From the NCBI RefSeq assembly GCF_009914755.1, contig NC_060928.1: a stretch of 64,000 bases of DNA. One strand, written 5' to 3'. Source of the DNA: the human T2T-CHM13v2.0 reference genome, Homo sapiens. Position numbers and translations under genes: made by a program. Below, one piece after another: positions 14,158 to 31,088 of the stretch; the first letter of the stretch is position 1, and every line of letters starts with the position of its first letter. Under the pieces are notes generated by a model. It had not been told where the DNA came from. It saw nothing but the letters and a program-made list of their open reading frames with translations, and did not search any database.

Positions 14158-14769
14158 AAAAATATTTTCTCCCAATATGTAAGCTGCCTTTTCATTTTGT
14201 TGTTGTTGTTTCACTGTATTTACTTTGCTGTTAATTTGATGCAGTTCCACTTGTTTATTTTGCTTTCGTCGCCTAATTTTTTACTAAAATATACAAAAAT
14301 ATCATTGCCATGGCCAGTGTTAAGGAGATTTTCCCCTATGTTTCCTTCCAGCTTTATAATTTCAGGACTTACATCCAGGTCTTTAATCCATTTTGAGTTG
14401 AGTTTGTGATGTAGGGTAAAAGTCCAATTTCATTCTTTTGTCTGTGGAGATCCAGTTTTCTCAGTATCATTTATTGAAGATATTATTCTTTCTCCATGTG
14501 TCTTCTTTGTGTCCTTGTTGAAAACTAGCTGATCATATATGCTTAGGTTTATTTCTGGTTTATCTATTCTGTCCCATTGCTCTATGTAACTGTTTTTATG
14601 CCAACATTATGTCATTTTGATTACTAAGTTTTGTAATAAAATTTGAGATCAGGAAGCCTAATGCCTCCCACTGCGCTTTTCTTTTTCAAGATTTCTTTGG
14701 CTATACAGAGTCACTTGTGGTTCTATGTGAGTTCTAGAATTGTTTTTCCTGTTCTGTGAAAAAATACCA
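14158..14769 (-). mobile_element. Inverted 5' segment of an L1MA element (ORF2)
   Basis: Antisense L1 ORF2 from GGGAGAAAATATT to TTTTTCACAGAA. Confidence 0.88.
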
Positions 14770-16300
14770 TGGTTTAATATCCAAAACATGTAAGGAAGTC
14801 ACACTATTCAATAGCCAAAGGGAAAAAAATAGAAAACGAAAAATATCACCTAAAAAAAATGAGCAAATGACTTGAATAGGCACCTCTTCAAAGAAGACAT
14901 AAAACTGGCTAACAGATAAAAATGTGCTCAATATCACTAATCATCAGGAAAATATAAGTCAAAGCTACAGTGAGATATAACCTCAAATCTGTTAGGGCAG
15001 CCATCATCAAAAAGCCAAGAGATAACAAATGTTGGCGAGGGTGTGAAGGAAAAGGCAACTTATACACCATTAGTGGGAATGTAAATTAGTACAGCCATTA
15101 GGAAAAACAGGATAAATGTTTATCAAAAAAATAAAACATGGAACTTCCATATGACCCAGCAATCTCTTTCTTGGGTATATACCCCCCTAAAATAAAGTTA
15201 GCACCAGAGTAAAGATATCGGCACTTTGACGTTCATTGCAGCATTATTCTCAATAACCAAGATGTGGAAACAATCTAAATGTCTGTCAAGGGATGAATGG
15301 CTATAGATAAAATTTTGCCTTAAAAAATGGAGATCCTTCTTTTTGTGAAAACAAGGATATACCATACTATGGTTTGAATGCCCCCCTCCAAAACTCATGT
15401 TGATATGTAATTGTTGTTATAATGGTATTGGCACATATAGCCTTTATTAATTGATTAGGTCATGAGGATTCCACTCCCATGAATGAATTAATGCTGTTAT
15501 GATAACTGGTTTAGTTATCACAAATGTGATTCCTCACAAAAAGAACGAGTTTGGCCCAATTTTCTCTCTCTGTCTTGTGCACTCACTTGTTCTTCTGCCA
15601 TAGGATAACACAGCATAGAGGTCCCCACCAGAAGCTGGCACCATGTTCTTGGAATTCCCAGCCTCCAGAACAATGAGCTAAATAAATGTCTATTCTTTAT
15701 AAATTACTCAGTCTGTAGTATTCTGTTATAGCAGCAGAAAACAGACTAAGGCAAACCTGCAAGACATTATCCGAATTGATATAAGCCAGATACATAAAGA
15801 AAAATGCTGCATATTCTCACTTACATGTGGAATCTTAAAAAAAAAAAATGAACATATAGAAACATAGAATAGAATGGTGGTTACCAGGAGTGGGGAGGGT
15901 GGTAATGAGATGTCCAAAGAATACAAAGTTGTAGTTATGTAGGATGGATAAATCTAAAAATCTAATGTATAGCATGAGTACTATTGTTAATAATGTTATT
16001 TTGCATACTCGAAATTTGCTGAGATTAGATTTTTGGTGCCCTTACCACACACACACATACACACACATACACATACACAAAGGTAATTGTGAGGTGAAGG
16101 ATATGTTAATTTGCTTGGCCACAGTAACTCTTTTAATATATATATAATATATATATTAAAATTTATATATTATATAAATTTTATATATAAATAAAATTAA
16201 ATATATATATTAAAATATATATTTTTAATTATATATATATTATATATATAAACATGTTATATACCATACATAGATATATATAATAAAAATGAAATAAAAC
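14770..16300 (+). mobile_element. L1MA (L1MA8-like) 3' segment: ORF2 end and 3' UTR
   Basis: TCAAAGAAGACATA, ATGACCCAGCAATC, L1MA-type 3' UTR, A-rich end; interrupted by an MST LTR. Confidence 0.88.
15365..15753 (+). mobile_element. MSTB1/MSTC-like solo LTR nested in L1MA
   Basis: TACTATGGTTTGAATGCCCC...GTTATAGCAGCAGAAAACAGACTAAGGCA; L1 sequence is continuous on both sides. Confidence 0.88.
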
Positions 16301-16454
16301 AATATAGTATTTAAAATGGATAAATATAAAATAGCATATGGTCTCATAGCACATTGCCAGAAAATATAGAATTAGTGAATTTCAAGGCAGAATTGAGTAA
16401 ATTACGCAGCAGGTAGTACGTGAGATAAACAGGTAGATATATGAAAGTGAAATT

Positions 16455-17151
16455 TGGAAGCAGAACCAATATGAGTGCTATGGAATAAGAAATTTATAAT
16501 GATTTGACCTTATACAACTGTGGGGTAAGTTAGATACGTAGAGTCAGATGACCAAAGGATAGTCATTAAGAAGGAAGAACAAAGGGGAGCTGGTGAAGAA
16601 GTGTATGAAAGGCTGTTGCCTTTGAGTCTGGTAGTAGCCTGATATTGCCATTTGTCAATAGATTATGTAGTTGATAAGAACAGCTGAACACAAACCAGGA
16701 GAAAGCAATGACAAATGGTACTCACAAGGATAACCTGGAACCCAGAAGAAAAAACTGGAATTCAAGATGAAAAGCTAGAACCCATGAAGGCAAACTCAAA
16801 CTCACATTTTTCTCTGACTGCATTTGATCTTGATGATACAGGTAACATGAATAAGAAATCAGTGCCTTTCACAATGCGCTTAGCCCCATTAACAGAGGAG
16901 ATCTGGGAAAAGCTACAAAAACAGAGCATGAGTACTGTATCACATCAAGGTGAAGCAACCAAAGTATCACCAACATGGAGATGCTTCAGTAGTGCCTAAG
17001 ACTAGACACTAACCTGCTGCTTTACTTCTGCCTTCTAAATCTCATAAATTTCTTTCTTGCAGCCAATGCTAATATGAAACCATAGAGAAAAGTGAATTCT
17101 GGGAAAGGTAGTTCTAGCTTAGCTACTTTGACAAAGTACAAACCCACTGCA
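16455..17151 (-). mobile_element. Ancient ERV-L LTR (LTR41/LTR52/MLT2F-like)
   Basis: GAATTCTGGGAAAGGTAGTTCTAGCTTAGC...TTGACA terminus abutting ERV-L internal sequence. Confidence 0.6.
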
Positions 17152-18685
17152 GCTCTCTACTTTACAAATTGACACTCATACATTACTCTTTAGAACACAT
17201 TTGCAAATACATAATTATGCCTCCATCTGTGTAATAATTCCTCTTATAATTGAAAACAGCTAACTCTTACCCTAATATAGTACAAAGTCTCATATGTCAC
17301 TTTATCTATCTTTGAATGATGTTCATTCCTCTCCTAGCTGAGACTCAATCTTTCTTTGATATCTTTTAAGGTAACCCTAATTAAATTATGTGTGCATGTG
17401 TTAATAATGCATATAAATACAATTAGCACATACACAAATATGTTATTTTATATTTTACATATATAACATACACATAATATCACATATATACAAATATGTA
17501 TTTTATATTTTACATATATACATATATATTAAAATATATTATTTTCGAAAACAAAGACCTCATAACAAATGCAGTTCTTATTTTTGCAACTAAATACATG
17601 ATAGTAGCAGATATTTAGAAATGTTCACTTTCTTAATGATTCCTTATTCCTTTTGCCCTTAGCAAGTATCTGAAGCTGGTTATGGTTCCTTCCCTGGTGG
17701 GGTGACCCAGTGACCCAAAACTTCATTCATGAAATGTCAAGGTCATTAACCAGCTTGGTTGTATGGGGCTGCTGTTGTTTGTTATCAATTTCTATCAGAG
17801 AAATATGAAGGTATTAAAGGTGTCCAGGACATTTTCTGACTTCCAAACCCATTTCCATATTCAGGTATGCTAGCAACATAATTTTTCTTGATAGTGAGGG
17901 TCAATCACCCCAGCCAGTATATTAAGCCTCTTTTTGTCCTGATGTCCATTGGTCAGATTGCAGATTCATTATCTTGCTGTGTCTTCTGGTGAAAAATATT
18001 TCTCTTTTGGAAACTAAGACTTCAAACTCAGCAAAGCACAAATGCACAAAAAAATGGGAGGCAAACACATAAGAAGAATCAATAGCATTTCTACCACTTG
18101 ATTCTGAGACACATTTATGCTGGCTATAGGAGAAACAGCACTTTTATTCATCACTGATTTAAATTATAAAACACATCCAGAGAGATATAACCCTGACCCT
18201 GCAAAGTGTTGTCAATAACTTGGCGCATCTTCAAAGTGAATATTCCAAAGGCCATTCCACAGTTCTAATTGTTCAGGTACTTCAGACTGATGGAGAACAT
18301 GGTAAAACCATTGAATTCATGATCATGATCTCATTACCTTAATTCCTTTGCTTATAAAATGAGTTCATTGGTCAGAAGCAACGCTATGTACAATACCAAG
18401 AATATGAATATGTCATTTACAGAATGACAAGCTCGTCAATTTCAGTAGAAACATTGAGAGCAGAAAAGACAAATTTATGTACAAAACAACTGATAATACA
18501 AGGATGCTCCTTCCACGATGAATGTGGTGCAGGGCAACCAGTCTGCCACAAAGTGATCTGATGGTTATTCTAGAGAATGGTGTCATGAGGGCCAGTGATG
18601 ATCTCTGCTATTGATATATTTGTTGATATATGTGTCAATCAGCAGTTTTTATAGTCAAATTTGCCTTGGTGGGTGTAAATTCACT
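17152..18685 (-). mobile_element. Ancient ERV-L internal region (integrase, dUTPase, 3' UTR)
   Basis: Colinear with HERV-L 700-1870 in this window, e.g. GATAGTGAGGGTCAATCACCCCAG versus GATAGTCTGGGTCAATCACCCCAG. Confidence 0.85.
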
Positions 18686-18699
18686 AGATTACGAGAACT

Positions 18700-18902
18700 C
18701 ACACCAAAGTCAGAGAGTATAAGGATATATGTTTCCCATGTGAATATGCTCACCAAGGAGCAACCACAGAAGGAGAATCTTAATAATCATGTGGATAAGA
18801 TGATCATTCTGGAATATCAAACAGTCCCTTTCCCAGTCACCCATGTCCTAACCAATGGGCTCATAAACAAAGTGGCAATGGATTACAGTGATGGAGACTA
18901 TT
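18700..18902 (+). mobile_element. Inverted ERV-L RNase H/integrase junction fragment
   Basis: Translates to IYVSHVN...NNHVDKM, matching MFVSHVSAH...NNQVDRM of the 1852-2424 frame. Confidence 0.82.
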
Positions 18903-19324
18903 CTGATATGAGGAGGTAAAGAGAGCATCTCATCTCAATGATATTTTGTCCCTGAATCCATAATGCCAGTATTATAATGAGAAAACATCAACATTGTAAT
19001 TCATAGAGCATGAAAACATTTACAAATATACGCTTATATACTTTTGATATGTATAAAATATGCATACAAATAACAAAATTTAGGATACATTTTACCTATG
19101 GGGAGAATGAAAGTGAAATGGGAACAGAGAATACTGATGCTGTCTGTTGAATGTAGTGGAATACGAAGAAACTAATAATACATTAAGATTTTTAAAGTAC
19201 TTTGTTTTACTTTAACTACTTGGAGTTGTCATAAAATAGAAATTTTCAATAAATTTTCAGTAAAATTTCAATAAAATATAAAAGGACAAATCCAAGAAGA
19301 AATCTGAACCAGTTTTGCCACTCA

Positions 19325-20570
<1,246 letters not shown>

Positions 20571-20902
20571 AGAAGAATATTTAGTAACTTTGCTTGATTT
20601 TAGTATTATTTAAACTTACATACTGAACTTGATATTTAGAAGAGAATTAAGATTATTTTGGCTAAGAAGCAAAATATTTTTCATTGAAGACCTATCTAAA
20701 TTTGGGTTTTATCTTGATTCTAGCCATTCTCCTATAGATGAAAAACTGGTATCATTCTGATCCAAGGACATGATTGGTTTCTTATTTTTTTAAGTTTTAT
20801 TTTGTTTTTGACACACAATAATTGTAAATATTTATGGGATACAGTGCAATGGCTCATTTTAAATAGATGCTGTGATGCTCTGTTTAGCTCAAACATAAGT
20901 TA

Positions 20903-21015
20903 AGCCTGGCATGGTGGCTCATGTCTGTAATCCCAGCACTCTGAGAGGCAGAGGCGGGCAAATGGCTTGACCCCAAGAGTTTGAGACCAGCCTGGGCAAC
21001 ATGGTGAACTCTGTC
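20903..21015 (+). mobile_element. Alu left monomer (FLAM/AluJ)
   Basis: GGTGGCTCATGTCTGTAATCCCAGCACT...GAGACCAGCCTGGGCAACATGGTGA. Confidence 0.88.
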
Positions 21016-21017
21016 GT

Positions 21018-21134
21018 CTGTGTGTGTGTGCGTATATATATATAACTTATATATATACATATATAACTATATATAACTAATTATATATGTAACTAATTAT
21101 ATATGTAACTAATTATATATATATATATATATAT
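21018..21134. repeat. (TG)n(TA)n compound microsatellite with AACTAATTATATATGT units
   Basis: Directly visible. Confidence 0.9.
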
Positions 21135-21959
21135 GAAATTCCAGAAAGTGAACTAAAAATATGGGAAAGGCTTTCTTGAACTCATGATAATGGGAATGAG
21201 GTTGTTCTTTAAGAACTGCAGCAGATATGATATAGAGGGATGATACTGATACTGATTATTATATGTGGAAATACTCTGTTTATTTCTTTTTAAATTTAAT
21301 TAAACTATGCTTTCTTCATGGTAATTCCATGTAATTGACTATACATATACTTGAAAATGATGCCCTGTGTTTTCTGGCACCAACAGAAAATTATCAAGGG
21401 TTGAAGACTTAGCCAGGCCTAAATGCCCTGGGCTTATTTCTGAATCTCAGTAATGGTGTTTGCTCCTTAAGTAAGCATACTACATTGCTGACTCTTGCAC
21501 AAAGCACAGATGGTCAGTGCAAAACAGGCACACTAAAAAATATTTGATTTCTTAGTTTCCTTTTCTTTCTCACTCTTGATGCATTTTTTTCTTTTTCTGC
21601 CAGCGATATTATCAAATATTTTCTTTAATTAATTCAATTTCATAGCATTTCCCCAGGTTACCCAGGTCATATATTTCAATCATGTCTTCAAAATTACTAA
21701 ACTAGTTTTATTCAATTCAATTCACCATTTATAGTAACAATAAGAAGACATTTTAATAATAGCTGTGGTTATAAAAAATAAAACGTATTTTTGTGCTCAA
21801 GAAATTTATGACTCATTGGGGAGAATAATATAACTGTAAAACTATTTTTAATCAAATAACATTTTGTTAAGAGTATAGAAAATAAATATCCAATCATTTA
21901 CACTTCCCAGAAATTTTATGATCTTTTATAATCTTAACATTCTTCTGAGGACCACATTT

Positions 21960-22710
21960 TTCCACCATATGACAACAATGAGAAATCGACCAGATGGACA
22001 GGAAATGGCAAGTACATTTTTCAAATACATTCGTGCTGAAGATAGGCTGGAAAATATGAAGATCCAGTAAAGTTATTAGTCCATGGCAAACCAGGACATC
22101 CTATGTTAGCTAAAGGACAAGTTATTGCACCTTGCTTGCTCTACCACTAATTCACTAAGTGGAATAGCATTTGGTACGCCTCTTTGTATTTTAGAGAGAA
22201 TATATACCAGGCTAGGGAAAACTTCTCCAATCCATTATCAGGGGATTTGAAAGGTTGTCAATTTCAGGTAATGAATGGCTTGGCTGGTTAATCCGAGGTT
22301 GAAAAAGAGTGTAATAAAAAGATCAAAGTCTGGGAGAGAAGCATTTGAATGAACCTATGGAAGTAGAATTAAGTGTAAAAATTTATGTGTCTGAAATTAA
22401 TCCCACCAAAGAGCATCCAAACAGGACAGGCTCAACAACCAGGTAGATGGGATGACATCCTCTGGTTATCAGTGAGTCTCTCCCCTCAACAATCTTATTA
22501 CATACACAAGAGAAAGATTCATAAATGGAACGACCATGGTGGCAGAGATGGAGGTCCCACGTGGGGTAAACAACACAGTGGATTCAGTATAGATACTGCT
22601 GAATGCCACACATGCTAATAGCAGAGACTTACACTTAGCCCTTAGATGGCAGAAATCTCTCAGGCCAGTCATTTAGTTGCAAGTCGATTATACTGAGACT
22701 CTTCTATTTC
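21960..22710 (+). mobile_element. Highly decayed ERV-L-class pol remnant (RT thumb, RNase H end, integrase start)
   Basis: AAGGACAAGTTATTGCACCTTGC, AATGGCTTGGCTGGTT, AACAACCAGGTAGATGGGATGAC and CCATGGTGGCAGAGATGGAGG parallel the HERV-L pol in this window. Confidence 0.75.
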
Positions 22711-22734
22711 TGTGCATTGTTGCTTTTATCAGAT

Positions 22735-22850
22735 TTGGATGGTAATAATATCTATCTCGTGTAGTTGTCGTAAGAATTAAATGAATTAACAATTGAAGAA
22801 ATACTTAGAACAGTGCCTGGCACATAATAAGCACTTTGTAAGTTATTAAC
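22735..22850 (+). mobile_element. MIR 3' part
   Basis: GAATTAAATGAATTAAC...CTTAGAACAGTGCCTGGCACATAATAAGCAC. Confidence 0.85.
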
Positions 22851-23132
22851 AATTAAAGAGGGGATGGAGATAAAATTTTCAAAGATTAGGCAAGGATGGC
22901 CTCAGATATGAGGCAAAATTGCTACCGCCCCACCCCCAAATTTACAATCTATTTGAGATAACACAAAGGGCACAGAAAAAGTTGATTAGTGACTGTTTTG
23001 TGTAGGTTCAAATTCTAGGTCTACCACTTACTGTTTGGCCTTTGCCTAGACACTTCTCTAAATATCATCTTCCTCTCTGTAAATGTGGCAATGGCTCCCT
23101 TGCTTTTTTTGTTATAAGAATTAGAGATTATT

Positions 23133-23437
23133 GGTCGAGTGTGGTGGCTCACACCTGTAATCCCAGCACTTTGGGAGGCCAAGGCAGATGGATCACAAGG
23201 TCAGGAGATCGAGACAATCCTGGCCAACACGGTGAAACCCCGTCTCTACTAAAAATACAAAAATTAGCTGGGTGTGGTGGCACATGCATGTAATCCCAGC
23301 TACTTGGGAGGCTGAGGCAGGAGAATTGCTTGAACCCAGGAGTCAGAGGTTGCAATGAGCCGAGATCATGCCACTGCACTCCAGCCTGGCAACACCAGCC
23401 TGGTGACAAAGCAAGACTCCATCTTAAAAAAAAAAAA
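23133..23437 (+). mobile_element. AluSc inserted into a MIR (about 23005-23480)
   Basis: GGATCACAAGGTCAGGAGATCGAGAC; target duplication AAGA(A/T)TTAGAGATTATT. Confidence 0.95.
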
Positions 23438-24344
23438 AAGATTTAGAGATTATTTATATAGTCACCTACTATAAACCCAACTATTAAGCATTTCATAAAT
23501 GGTAATTATCAGTATTATTTCAATTGTTTGAAACAGGACATGCATACTTGAAATATCAGGAGAACTAGGTAATATGTGACACATTACATAATATGAATAA
23601 GAAATAAAATTTTTCATAGCCATATGTAATTTCTTATTTATACCAGCTTCAACTCCCAAACTTTTACCATCTGCATGCCATCAGAACTAATTTTATTTTG
23701 CCTCTGCTTACATAATGAATTTCAGATAATAATCTTACATATGAGACCGCAGATCACCCAATGTGATGAACAACTGTCCACTAAGAATAATAATAGAATA
23801 CCTTAAGTGAAAAAAATGAAGATGGTCATGAAAACAAAATCTGAGCAGTATTTAGTAATCACAATCAAAGCAAGGACTTGAAAAACAGTTTTTATTACCA
23901 TTATAAGTAAATAGATGATAGATATTAAAGAGACAGATGTAGAAAGATGGATAGATAGATAGATAGGTAGATACATAAAGACAGGTAGCTACATTTCTCT
24001 CTTCTCAAGCTGTGTATAAAATGGAGAAAGGAAAGAAACAATAAATACAGAATCTTATGAATCCCAGTTCTAATGGCCCATTCCCTTAAGTCAGTAGAAA
24101 GGGAGGAACACACTTCTGACATTTTCCTTAAGCTACTGATGAGTATCCTGCATCCATCTTCCTCCTGTGCAAGAGCAGTTGATTCACCTGAATATCTCCT
24201 AACGAGCCTCTAGCTTTGAGCAACAATATTCTCAAGAACTATTGACTTACTCTTTTCTTATGTACCATTACTTCAAATATTCCATTAAATTTCTCTCCAA
24301 AGACCCCCCTCTTTTCTCAGAAGTCTAAGGCAATGTATTATTTT

Positions 24345-24560
24345 ATTGTAAAAAATATTTTATGCTGAATATATATTCAGCATAAAATATATATTATTCA
24401 CAAATATATATTTATTATTAAATAATTATTAAAATATATTTAATAATTTAATATTAAATAAAATATACTTCATAATTTAAATAATTATTAAAATACATAT
24501 TAATAAAAATATAATATTCAGTATATGTATATCTTTTATGCCAAACATATACATATATAG
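24345..24560. repeat. AT-rich low-complexity tract containing a 36-bp perfect palindrome (24355-24390)
   Basis: ATATTTTATGCTGAATAT|ATATTCAGCATAAAATAT. Confidence 0.9.
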
Positions 24561-24871
24561 TCAAAGTAGATATCTCTGCATCTAAGACATTGGTTAATAA
24601 CGAGGGTGAAATCTGGATAACTAAAAACGAAAATCTTAGCATTTTTCTTTTTTTTTCTTTTTTTTTTTTTTACTTTAATTTCTGGGTTACATGTGCAGAA
24701 TGTACAGTTTTGTTACATAGGTATACACGTGCCATGGTGGTTTGCTGCACCCATCTAGCTGTCACCTACATTAGGTATTTCTCCTAATGTTATCCCTCCC
24801 CTAGCTCTCCACCTCCCACAGGCCCTCCAGTGTGTGATGTTCCCCTCCCTGTGTCCATGTGTTCTCATTGT

Positions 24872-28680
<3,809 letters not shown>

Positions 28681-30367
28681 TTATGATGCTAGCTGGTTAT
28701 TTTGCCTGTTAATTGTTGCAGTTTCTTCATAGCATCAATGGTCTTTCCAATTTGGCATGTTTTTGCAGTAGCTGGTACCGGTTGTTCCTTTCCATGTTTA
28801 GCGCTTCCTTCTGGAGCTCTTGTAAGGCAGGCCTGGTGGTGACAAAATCTCTCAGCAGTTGCTTGTCTGTAAAGGATTTTATTTCTCCTTCACTTATGAA
28901 GCTTTGTTTGGCTGGATATGAAATTCTGGGTTGAAAATTCTTTTCTTTAAGAATGTTGAATATTGGCCCCCACTCTCTTCTGGCTTGTAGGATTTCTGCC
29001 GAGAGATCCGCTGTTAGTCTGATGGGCTTCCCTTTGTGCGTAACTCAATCTTTCTCTCTGGCTGCCCTTAACATTTTTTCCTTCATTTCATCCTTGGTGA
29101 ATCTGACAATTATGTGTCTTGAGTTTGCTCTTCTCGAGGAGTATCTTTGTGGTGTTCTCTGTATTTCCTGAATTTGAATGTTGGCTTGCTTTGCTAGGTT
29201 TGGGAAGTTCTCCTGGATAACACCCTAAAGAGTGTTTTCTAACTTGGTTCCATTCTCCCTGTCACTTTCAGGTATATCAATCAAACATAGATTTGGTCTT
29301 TTCACATAGTCTCATATTTCTTGGAGGCTTTGTTCTTTTCACTCTTTCTTCTCTAATATTGTCTTCTTGCTTTATTTCATTGATTTGATCTTCAATCACT
29401 GATATCCTTTCTTCTGCTTGATTGAATTGGCTATTGAAGCTTGTCTATGCTTCACGAAGTTCTCGTATTGTGGTTTTCAGCTCCATCAGGTCATTTAAGC
29501 TTTTCTCTACAATGGTTATTCTAGTTAGCCATTCATCTAACCTTTTTTTCAAGGTTTTTAGCTTCCTTGCAATGGGTTAGAACATGCTCCTTTGGCTCAG
29601 AGAAGTTTGTTATTACTGACTTTCTGAAGCCTACTTCTGTCAACTTGTCAAACTCATTCTCTGTCCAGTTTTGTTCCCTTGCTGGCGAGGAGTTGTATTC
29701 CTTTGGAGGAGAAGAGGCATTCTAGTTTTTGGAATTTTCAGCCTTTTTACTCTGGTTTCTCCCTATCTTTGTGGTTTTATCTACCTTTGGTCTTTGATGT
29801 TGGTGACCTACAGATGGAATTTTGGTATGGATGTCTTTTTTGTTGATGTTGATGCTATTCCTCTCTGTTTATTAGTTTTCCTTCTAACAAACAGGCCCCT
29901 CAGCTGCAGGTCTGTTGGAGTTTGCTGGAGGTCCACTCCAGACCCTGCTTACCTGGGTATCACCAGCAGAGGCTGCAGAACAGCACATATTGCTGCCTGA
30001 TCCTTCCTCTGGAAGCTTCGTCCCAGGGGAGCACCCACCTGTATGAGGTGTCTGTCAGCCCTTACTGGGAGATGTCTCCCAGTCAGGCTACATGGGAGTC
30101 AGGGACCCACTTGAGGAGGCAGTCTGTCTGTTATTGGAGCTCGAATCCCATCCTGGGAGAACCACTGCTCTCTTCAGATCTGTCAGGCAGGGATGTTTAA
30201 GTCTGGGGAAGCTGTCTGCTGCCTTTTGTTCAGATATGCCCTGCCCCCAGAGGTGGAATCTACAGAGGCAATAGGCCTTGCTGAGCTGTGGTGGGCTCCG
30301 CCAAGTTCGAGCTACCTGCTGCTTTGTTCAAACTGTGAGCATAGAACCACCTACTCAAACCTCAGCA

Positions 30368-30475
30368 ATGGCAGACAGCCCTCCCCCAGCCAAGCTCCCA
30401 TGTCCCAGGTCAATCTCAGACTGCTGCACTAGCAGCAAGCATGTCTCCATGGGTGTGGGACCCACTGAGCACTGA
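30368..30475 (+). pseudogene. Truncated L1 ORF0 (antisense 5' UTR ORF)
   Basis: MADSPPPAKLPCPRSISDCCTSSKHVSMGVGPTEH* resembles the ORF0 N-terminus (MAGAPPPASLPPCSLISDCC...). Confidence 0.75.
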
Positions 30476-30842
30476 GCCATGCATGGGAGAGGACCTCCTG
30501 GTCTGCTGGTTGTGAAGACCGTGGGAAAAGCACAGGATTTGGGCAGGAGTGTACCACTCCTCCACAGTCACTCACAGCTTCTCTTGGCTAGGAAAGGGAA
30601 ATCCCCTGACCCCTTGTGAGGGTGAGGTGACTCCCCACCCTGCTTTGGCTTGCCCTGCATGGGCTGCACCCACTGTCCAACCAGTCCCAATGAGATGAAC
30701 CAGGTACCTCAGTTGGAAATGCAGAAATCACCCATCTTCTGCATTGATCTCGCTGGGAGCTGTAGACAGGAGCTGTTCCTATTCGGCCATCTTGGAAGCA
30801 TCCTTATAGAGCATTTTTCTCAGTATGTTTGAGACTTTTACT

Positions 30843-31088
<246 letters not shown>

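Noticed and set aside
13933-14409. 158-aa lysine-rich/hydrophobic ORF
   Set aside because: Read-through of Alu, poly(A) and antisense L1.
17430-17530. Duplicated AT-rich unit of about 55 bp
   Set aside because: Low-complexity slippage in the ERV-L 3' region with no functional indication.
29671-30000. 109-aa antisense ORF as L1 ORF0
   Set aside because: It lies at the 5' UTR/ORF1 boundary; the ORF0-like sequence is at 30368-30475.
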